The translations under genes were made by a program, and so were the position numbers. Positions 58,601 through 64,000 of a DNA stretch of 64,000 nucleotides are shown here, piece by piece. The notes under the pieces are model-generated. The model was not told where the DNA came from. It did not search any database and saw only the letters and a program-made list of their open reading frames with translations. Every line of letters begins with the position of its first letter. Position 1 is the first letter of the stretch. The DNA comes from a bacterium (GTDB lineage Archaea > Thermoplasmatota > E2 > JACPAO01 > JAHFTW01), in contig JAZJZE010000011.1 in assembly GCA_040390065.1 (NCBI GenBank), positions 162,367 to 226,366 of the forward strand, given 5' to 3'.

Positions 58601-58872
58601 TCCCGGGAACCCGCGACGGCACCGTGCCGGCGGCCATCCCGATCATCCTGAAGGATGTCACGGGTGACGGCGTCCTCGACTGGACATACGACTCGACAGG
58701 CCACAACGGCCGGGCGGACAGCTACTACGACCCCATCTGCAAGTGTGCCCATCCCATCGACACGCGCGGCGAGTTCCTGCGTGACCTTGCCACGTACTGG
58801 CCGGTGTGGGTGCTCTTCTTCGTGGGCATCGTGCTCTTCGTCGTGCTGGTCGTCGTGACGCGCAAGAGGTGA
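52603..58872 (+). CDS. Giant (~2090 aa) surface protein with Ig-like repeats and Dx[DN]xDG Ca-binding repeats
   Basis: Signal peptide; repeated (V/I)xNxG...D motifs; ~10 DxDxDG-like loops; C-terminal TM plus RKR. Confidence 0.88.
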   Translation: MSESTPRNVNLAKAAALALVLIMMAPAFVGSADAVLHYTSPAQDAQIPAAWGTGAPFGTWQKVVNEPATFYMHGNTGCGDNGVPALTTTCSVNSVGLPGTPPVQADWWMDTRLPFQQPPANPPTPPQEVLVSDPNGLGGPTGNSLDFDNHNCFVNNLQVLDETTITKLEVLLWAQGNRNLQDQIQVSMDVLNSDCTVKTPNAALFTLQTSALNNGQSSSYASYTATWTAPFVTPGQPYGVTMLKDERLRFSFALVSSTLDSTATFAFDGQGFESHVTLYSDSARVNEWTTDRFGDPTNHFAHTDIQHPADVNDRTVHWRATEFDTWGHTDNVPNVPVTATTPGSKCNSNGAGSGSTPDPREFPLSDCAKDNIDEQAMRIRVKDVTPGHPGFDSYVPLDLRLGLSVWDSSVGEDTSYVGCCDAAFINPMKNKAPDAAHPAYLGRTSNADRLLGLSNYEFDLVYSKDFLDGVYEIQFQEANKNWYKSIQFTVGNTGFVFAFEKDEHDLNADLTIADHRVALNEPTKYSLTVKNTGSVSDTYGLAVPVPGAGWTGTVTPNTVSLPPNGEAKVDMLVVPPSTAHAGDIKVVSVAATSTVTNTVKTLYTRTTYTADTTPQAPSLTSPQTEVNTRPKLSTVFPIVVHNGHQGDNGWVQGPVRDNYVISGTLDPGDIACPTSGFVIQIDPTFLPVYAASREAVSVRVQVPAEAPPGCSWTMNFQACRNLSTSTDALCSALLKIPLHIYAIDDVRLTVLKPQIDMRDTELDRYHNQCVNGPPPSCAYTVDVQDNYFDEGALFRFLVENKGDRPDSIELSGSWASFALSPADGGQHAGAQDCTDEGVNGADGVPDGWRYRLLPGSAAVPPFGQPVDPGMTYPQPLNAGPAVAARFTPEPSNPYDGQPQNVAVMPATAPQYGAGHDSTFSGEARFGRLTLPAHTSQYVFLDMFWDQDTASCVGEQTVNVPLFAGSPLGNSHTQNWRSAVPSRYATFRMSYRSGNDDSIRGNLEVTAHLTTSPTLQIGNTGDDATGMVHKVLMELGPGQPAEGYADINALATADQVATYNVMATNIGNEYDDLLISVDSGLNGWKHTIVLPGSAIQGTGIIPSGMVLGSLVEPTPNPSSGPGAPHATTLPRNCVITDTAQQQMTCHRMGIYDTVYFQVKAKPPTGARIGSYDDMGITVSSSRSTHIPGTAPGSVYDKINVRSFVQGIFGFALLHPNDNLLGYRGQTIAFPFTIKNVGTTNDVYNVAVAAADAAYYGIWNPKTSSDTLVAVPAGYEYHGFVSVTVPTNPTDSPISDPAFIQPAPVIRPLRLEIQSIQGFGQADTIDFFPTVTETPALKISAEATTIARLTEGRIRITADAPDAKTVLFNGYYNTAPNLATGVGGQPDLPTGFMFVCLPHTHPDWDVNRKCYDPYPVPTNVLTPDDTANTDGLHTLPHMVQPQVNLGGQAIQQLELFVPDKQLGISRVAHRVAGTTDTGDITYTDAIVNMGSVYGVKLTAVPCENDVGSDAANKTLPPGTPGGSANTGGTVLFCIEVSNQGLSPQSVLLSNSELPTGWEIFYDQASVTVQPPGYALARGVSDCPLVGQQSCIPLDAQTSYIVHVGLVAPAGAESGAFAPVLIFGTVQEDTTQVAQQRITAVVGTYDMKVTSALATEWVAPQEFARFPLSVENKGNLPDVVQIQAVLPSSVSDTFPTSWRNCDNADPSLSNLPIAPAGSTPSCYVILQPKEKRTDIGLDILTPSQVAPTGAGPGYTATISAHSIFNPAATDVTATTVKILDYFMADIDGDRLAEYAIDSCTVSQQDGCRPNSSDGFETFRENLQTAGVISQDLRGRPELQSFLSPDGFAQWTDPSPPHDLLYYVDINNDKKVDHLIDTDGDGLPDVYWVPGVRFGKLDFTRDVTADSLPDYFVDLEGDNRWDMVYDLALGRSFPLIQGFIDGDGYPDYVVDVNRNGLIDLNETVLLGAPNGQIRQIEYSADVNDDGLPDKAIDTNGDGEPDFFIPGTRDGTVPAAIPIILKDVTGDGVLDWTYDSTGHNGRADSYYDPICKCAHPIDTRGEFLRDLATYWPVWVLFFVGIVLFVVLVVVTRKR

Positions 58873-58877
58873 GCCGC

Positions 58878-61800
58878 ATGAACGCGCGCACCTGGCTGCT
58901 CTTTGCCCTGCTCGTCCTCGCGCCCCTGGCGGTCCTGACGCCGTCGCCCGCCTCGGCGGGCGCGCCCGACAGGCCGCCGGTCGTCAACGCCGGCGACGAC
59001 CAGACCGTGGACGAATCGGATTCGTTCTGCAGCGCCAACGGTGCCACGAACGCGCCGCCCTGCAGCGTCGTCACGATCGATGCGCGCGAAGGCGTGTACA
59101 CGTACGACCCGGACGGTCAGACGATCAAGTACACGTTCCGCTCGTCGCCCATCCCGAACGACCCGAAGAACTCGTGCGACGCCGACCCTGCTGGCGGACC
59201 TCCGGGCGGCGGCGTGCCATGCTTCCCCATCGGGGACGGCACGACCGTCATCGACCCGACGAACCAGCCGTTCTTCCGCGCCGGCCAAGGCACCATCCAG
59301 TCGTTCAACTGCCAGCGGCCGCCGGGCTCGCCGGCCGGTACGTCGCCGGACGTCAAGATCGTCGCGGGCGACCCTGGCGTCTTCACGTTCGTCGTGCCGT
59401 CGCTTCCGGAGGGCCAGTACACGGACTGCAAGTACAGCATCGACATGCTCGTTTGGGACTCGCAGCCGCACCCGACCCAGCCGACACCGCCCCTCGGCCA
59501 ATACGTGGCCGGCGTGGACGACTACACGCTCGCGATGGACACCATCGTCATCACCGTGCGCCACATCGCCTCGACGCCCCAGGACACCTTCTCTGGCGTC
59601 CTGCCGCTCTTGTGCACGAAGCCGTACGCGGACCCGAACAAGAAGTGCATCCCGACGTCCTTCACGGACATCGTGACGGACCACGGCCAGTACCTTGAAT
59701 TCGTGTACGGCGGCATCGGCCAGCCCGTCCGCGACGACCGCGAGACGCGCGCCGCGCAGGTGCTCCTCAACATGTCGGGCACGCACAAGATCCTTGTGCC
59801 TCTTACCGTCAAGATCATCACGCAGCCGTTCAAGGACACGCCGCACCAGGACGAATTGGCGCTGTGGATCGGCGAGATCCCCGTCGACCAACCGTCCCTT
59901 ATCGTCGGCGTCTACAACATCGATACGCTCCTGTACGACGGGCTCGGGGGAGTCAGCATCCACCAGGGCAACGACGATACGCGTGGCCAACTCGAGGTCG
60001 CCTCATCGGAAGGCCCCAACGACGTGCCGAACTACCCGTGCCCGCCGGACATCCCTGTCCTGCAAGGCGCCGTGCCGGCCAGTTCCAGCGCCGGCCAGGG
60101 CAACGGGCCGTGCATCGTGCTGTCGACGAGCGCCCCGGCGACGTTCACGCCGAACCGGTGCTTCGAGGGTTTCACCACGGTGGCCCCAATGGTTCTGGGC
60201 CATGGCGAGACGCTGCGCCCCCAAGTCATCTGGGGCTTCCCCCTCATCCCGCTTGACCCGCCGCTCCTGCCCATCTACGACCACGGCCTGCTGGCATGGA
60301 AGCTCACCTACCAGTCCTGCATCCGCGGCGGCAACTTCACTGGGCTCGGCCCCGAAGTGGAACTCAAGAATCCGTACTTCATGAACCTCGACACGCTCTT
60401 CTCGGGCAACCAGGAAGTGGCCCTGCGCGCCTACGACCGCATCGGCAGCGTCGTCAAGACCGTCGTCGTCCCCCTCACGACGGACATCGGCCGCCCGAAG
60501 TTCGTCGCCGAAGTCCCGGCCATCACGTACCAGGGCATCCCCTTCCAGATGACGGTGTACGTTCAGGACCAGATCAGCACCCGTGTCACGCTGCACATCA
60601 ACAAGTTCTACAACATCACGCTGGAGAACCACCACCTCAATCCTGACCGCAGCCTCGATGCCGCCCTGATCGCAGGCCTGCCCGCGTACGATGCGACCGG
60701 CACCGAGACGACACTGCCGCGCACGCAGGAGATGATCTGGTACGACGTGGACGGCAAGCACGACTTGTCGGCGCCTTGCGACTACCTGTACGACCAGAAC
60801 GGCGACGGACTCCTCGACCACTTCTACCGGGTCGCGGACCACCGCGTGCGCCAACTGCTGGCCAACGGCGATTCCGGCAACAGCGTCAACGATTACATCG
60901 TCGACGCCAACGACAACGGCCTCATCGACTTCGGCGAGACAAAGATCCTCGGCGACCCCAGCCCGGTGCTCAAGGTGAAGAACGCGGGAAAGTGCATCGA
61001 CGCCTTCGCCGACCGACCTTACCTGCAGTACTTCCTGAACGATGACGTCACGCAGGTCTTCGTGTTCAACCTGACCCGCTACGCCCTCGACCGCACGGCG
61101 TACCAGTTCACCATCCAGGACCTGGTCTTCAACCGCTTCGCCGACGGCTCGTACAACGTGACGTACCCCGGCGGATACTACGAGAGCTTCCTCACGGGCA
61201 GCTTCGAGACGCGGCACGCCGCCGTGGACGCCAAGATCACGTCCATCCAGACGACCGCAGGGCCTTACCTCGCCGGCGACGCGGTCGAAGTCGAGGTCAC
61301 GGCGACGCAAGTCTCTAACCTCGACCCGTCGCCGGTCGTGCCACTGCACCTCGTCCTGTCGGATCCGGGCTCCAGCGAATGCCGCAATCCGGCGTCCGAC
61401 GACCTGCGGCAATGCCTGCGCATCTGTCCGTCGGACAACGACGTCGGCTGTGCCGGCGTCCCGACGGCCAACGGCGTGCCGTACAGCAACACCTTCCTGC
61501 GCCCGCTGCCGGGACTCACGGCGGCCAACATCGACCCGTACGGCTACCGCCTGACGCCAGGCTTCGCGCCGCCCGACGTGGCCGCAGTCGCCCTGTCGCC
61601 CTACCCGCCCGGCACACACAGCGTCCAGGCGGAAGTCTACATGAACGAGTTCATCGACGACACCAACCCGCAGAACAACAACGACACGACGACCTTCGAG
61701 GTCTTCCTCGGCGAAGTCGTGATCGGCGCGCTGCCTGCGGGCTCGTCGCCGCAGGGCAAGGTGTTCTACATCCGCACGAACTCGAACCGCCTGCCCTCGC

Positions 61801-62177
61801 TTGGCGACGGCGCCGTCGAACTCAACGCCACCGGTGGCGGCGTCCTCGCGACGCACCCCCTGAAGCTGAACCAGACCGGCACGCCGCGCTACGAATTCAA
61901 GTACATGGATGCCAACGGCGACGAGAAGACCGCCTACTGGGAGCCGCAGACGCGCTACTCGCGCACCTTCGGCAAGGACTGCAGCAAGCTGACGGACGCG
62001 GAGAAAGTCATCGACGTCACGGCCACGCCGCCGCGCGACCCGCAGTGCCGGCCCATCACGGTCATCACCCCGTCCAGCGCGCCCCCGGCGGTCGGCAAGA
62101 AGAGCCCGGGCCCCGAACTCCTTCTGGTCGTTCTCGGCATCGCCCTCATCGCCATCCTGCGCCGTCGCAAGGCCTGA
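58878..62177 (+). CDS. Large surface protein with sorting-like anchor
   Basis: Signal peptide, PVVNAGDDQTV (PKD-like), DTNPQNN (CARDB-like); ends KKSPGP-TM-RRRKA. Confidence 0.85.
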   Translation: MNARTWLLFALLVLAPLAVLTPSPASAGAPDRPPVVNAGDDQTVDESDSFCSANGATNAPPCSVVTIDAREGVYTYDPDGQTIKYTFRSSPIPNDPKNSCDADPAGGPPGGGVPCFPIGDGTTVIDPTNQPFFRAGQGTIQSFNCQRPPGSPAGTSPDVKIVAGDPGVFTFVVPSLPEGQYTDCKYSIDMLVWDSQPHPTQPTPPLGQYVAGVDDYTLAMDTIVITVRHIASTPQDTFSGVLPLLCTKPYADPNKKCIPTSFTDIVTDHGQYLEFVYGGIGQPVRDDRETRAAQVLLNMSGTHKILVPLTVKIITQPFKDTPHQDELALWIGEIPVDQPSLIVGVYNIDTLLYDGLGGVSIHQGNDDTRGQLEVASSEGPNDVPNYPCPPDIPVLQGAVPASSSAGQGNGPCIVLSTSAPATFTPNRCFEGFTTVAPMVLGHGETLRPQVIWGFPLIPLDPPLLPIYDHGLLAWKLTYQSCIRGGNFTGLGPEVELKNPYFMNLDTLFSGNQEVALRAYDRIGSVVKTVVVPLTTDIGRPKFVAEVPAITYQGIPFQMTVYVQDQISTRVTLHINKFYNITLENHHLNPDRSLDAALIAGLPAYDATGTETTLPRTQEMIWYDVDGKHDLSAPCDYLYDQNGDGLLDHFYRVADHRVRQLLANGDSGNSVNDYIVDANDNGLIDFGETKILGDPSPVLKVKNAGKCIDAFADRPYLQYFLNDDVTQVFVFNLTRYALDRTAYQFTIQDLVFNRFADGSYNVTYPGGYYESFLTGSFETRHAAVDAKITSIQTTAGPYLAGDAVEVEVTATQVSNLDPSPVVPLHLVLSDPGSSECRNPASDDLRQCLRICPSDNDVGCAGVPTANGVPYSNTFLRPLPGLTAANIDPYGYRLTPGFAPPDVAAVALSPYPPGTHSVQAEVYMNEFIDDTNPQNNNDTTTFEVFLGEVVIGALPAGSSPQGKVFYIRTNSNRLPSLGDGAVELNATGGGVLATHPLKLNQTGTPRYEFKYMDANGDEKTAYWEPQTRYSRTFGKDCSKLTDAEKVIDVTATPPRDPQCRPITVITPSSAPPAVGKKSPGPELLLVVLGIALIAILRRRKA

Positions 62178-62221
62178 CCGATACCGGACCGGTTATCCGC
62201 AAAGCCCCTGTCGCGCCCCTT

Positions 62222-63478
62222 GTGACGTGGCACGGGCGCTTCCTGGGCGCCGCAGAGGACATCGGCCGGCTCGGCTTCGTGCTCGAGGCCAGCGGCAGCA
62301 AATTCCTCTTCGACTACGGTATGGAACCGGACAAGCCGCCGCTCTATCCGCTCCCGGCCCCGGCCATCGACCGCGTCTTCCTGACGCATGCACACCTCGA
62401 CCACTCGGGGATGATCCCGTGGCTCGCGGCGCGCTACGACGCCAGTGTCATGTGCACGCCGCCCACGGCGGAGGTGGCAACCCTGCTGCACCGCGACTCC
62501 CTCAAGATCGCCCGCCTGGAAGGTTTCCCGGAACCGTTTGCCGACGCCGACATCGAGGCGACCCGCGGTCTGTACGAGCACCAGGACTTCCACCACCCCA
62601 AGGTCCTGGGCGCCCACACGCTCCGGCTGCACTCCGCCGGGCACATCCCGGGAGCGAGCCAGATGGAACTGAAGGGCCCGAACGGCACGCTCGTCTTCAC
62701 CGGCGACCTGTACACGCGGCCGCAGCGCCTCGTCATGGCCGCGACGCAGACGAAGGCCAACGTCCTGTTCATGGAATCCACGTACGCCGGCCGCGAACAC
62801 CCGGAACGCGACGACGTGGAACGCGAACTCGTCGACTACGCCCACCAAGTCCGTGACCGCGGCGGCATCCTTCTCGTCGCAGCCTTCGCCGTCGGACGCG
62901 CCCAGGAACTGGCCATGGTCTTCGAAGGCAAGGGCTTCAACGTCTGGCTCGACGGCATGGGCCGCGCCGTCGCCAAGATCTATGCGCAACACCCGGACTA
63001 CCTGGAAAACCCCGGCGCGTTCCAACGCTCCATGGCCGGCGTCAAGGACATCCGCAACCACCGCGGCCGCAGCGTCGCGTTGCAGGAAGCCGACGTCATC
63101 ATCTCCACGGGCGGCATGCTCGACGGCGGGCCCATCCTGTTCTACCTCGACGCCGTACGCAACGACCCCAAGTCAGGCCTCGCCATCACGGGCTACCAAG
63201 CGCACGGCACCAACGGCCGCATGCTCCTCGAGAAAGGCGAACTGGACTTCGACAACCGGGCACCCGGCACCAAAGTCCACAAGCTCAACTGCGAAGTGCG
63301 CCAATTCGACTTCAGCGCCCACGCCGGCCACAAGGACCTCGTGCAGTTCGCCAAGAACACAGGGGCCAAGGACATCGTGCTCTTCCACGGCGACAAACGC
63401 GAGGAACTCGTCGGCGACTTGTCCGACTTCGCCACCGTCCACCTGCCTATGCGGGACCAGGAATTCACGATCAAGTGA
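62222..63478 (+). CDS. Metallo-beta-lactamase beta-CASP ribonuclease
   Basis: THAHLDHSG, AGHIPG, TGD, MESTY, FAVGRAQE, GYQ, FSAHAG, HG. Confidence 0.92.
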   Translation: MTWHGRFLGAAEDIGRLGFVLEASGSKFLFDYGMEPDKPPLYPLPAPAIDRVFLTHAHLDHSGMIPWLAARYDASVMCTPPTAEVATLLHRDSLKIARLEGFPEPFADADIEATRGLYEHQDFHHPKVLGAHTLRLHSAGHIPGASQMELKGPNGTLVFTGDLYTRPQRLVMAATQTKANVLFMESTYAGREHPERDDVERELVDYAHQVRDRGGILLVAAFAVGRAQELAMVFEGKGFNVWLDGMGRAVAKIYAQHPDYLENPGAFQRSMAGVKDIRNHRGRSVALQEADVIISTGGMLDGGPILFYLDAVRNDPKSGLAITGYQAHGTNGRMLLEKGELDFDNRAPGTKVHKLNCEVRQFDFSAHAGHKDLVQFAKNTGAKDIVLFHGDKREELVGDLSDFATVHLPMRDQEFTIK

Positions 63479-63672
63479 GAAGGGAATACGCGCCCTCGCA
63501 TTCCAGATTCCGCGCCACGGGTCCGGAGGACGGGCGTCGGGCCTGGGCGGTCGCCGATCGGGGTGACGTTGTCACGCCAAGACGACGCCCGTAAGCGCGG
63601 CTCGACGCAGCGCTTCGCGGCTGCGGGCCGCCGCTCTTCCGTCGGGCGCGGATGTGCCGCGCCCGACATCAG

Positions 63673-63927
63673 AGCCGCCTGGGCGATTTGAACACCTGCG
63701 CCGTGGCCCTTGCGGGCCCCGGCTCCGCTTCGCTGGGTGTCCAAATCGCCAGCGGGCATCGCGTGCGCGCTCGGGGCGACGCACCTCGATAAGCCGCCTG
63801 GGCGATTTGACCACCCACCGTGCGGCCGGAGCAAGTCCGGCCGCACAGTCCGCCTCGCCTACGGCTCGGCTGGGTGCTCAAATGCCAAGGACGGCGGCTC
63901 GGGGCGCCTGCGGCGCGTCCCATTGCA
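63673..63927 (-). repeat. Two tRNA-Thr 3'-anchored modules (136 and 119 bp)
   Basis: agccgcctgggcgatttga at 63673, 63792 and 63928; inverted degenerate copies at 63735-63757 and 63872-63899. Confidence 0.9.
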
Positions 63928-64000
63928 AGCCGCCTGGGCGATTTGAACACCCGACCTGCTGATTACGAATCAGCTGCTCTACCAACTGAGCTAAGGCGGC
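63928..64000 (-). tRNA. tRNA-Thr(CGT)
   Basis: Acceptor GCCGCCT/AGGCGGC, anticodon arm GCTGA-TTCGTAA-TCAGC, T arm GGGTG-TTCAAAT-CGCCC. Confidence 0.95.

Overview
High-GC archaeal chromosomal window. DUF373, MptE, Cdc6/Orc1, archaeosine TgtA, phosphopantothenate synthetase, NadX and class III signal-peptide pilins point to an archaeon, probably Thermoplasmatota-like (inference). It holds housekeeping genes (purM, uvrA, ribA, nadA/X/C, tgtA, cdc6), a variant cytochrome c maturation operon (ccmABCDE plus a CcmI-like gene, no ccmF here), a type IV pilus locus, a ~12 kb cluster of very large surface proteins, and tRNA-Glu(CTC) and tRNA-Thr(CGT). The most unusual signal is non-coding. Both tRNAs are followed by 114-136 bp modules that each carry an antisense copy and a direct copy of that tRNA's own 3' end around shared hairpins. 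tRNA-Glu is also flanked by two further structured tandem arrays, and the cdc6 3' end is mirrored by a small repeat cluster. A dispersed hairpin element sits at three convergent gene junctions, and a 269-bp MITE is present. No integrase, transposase or cas gene was recognised. All calls are by eye from motifs; no database searches were run.
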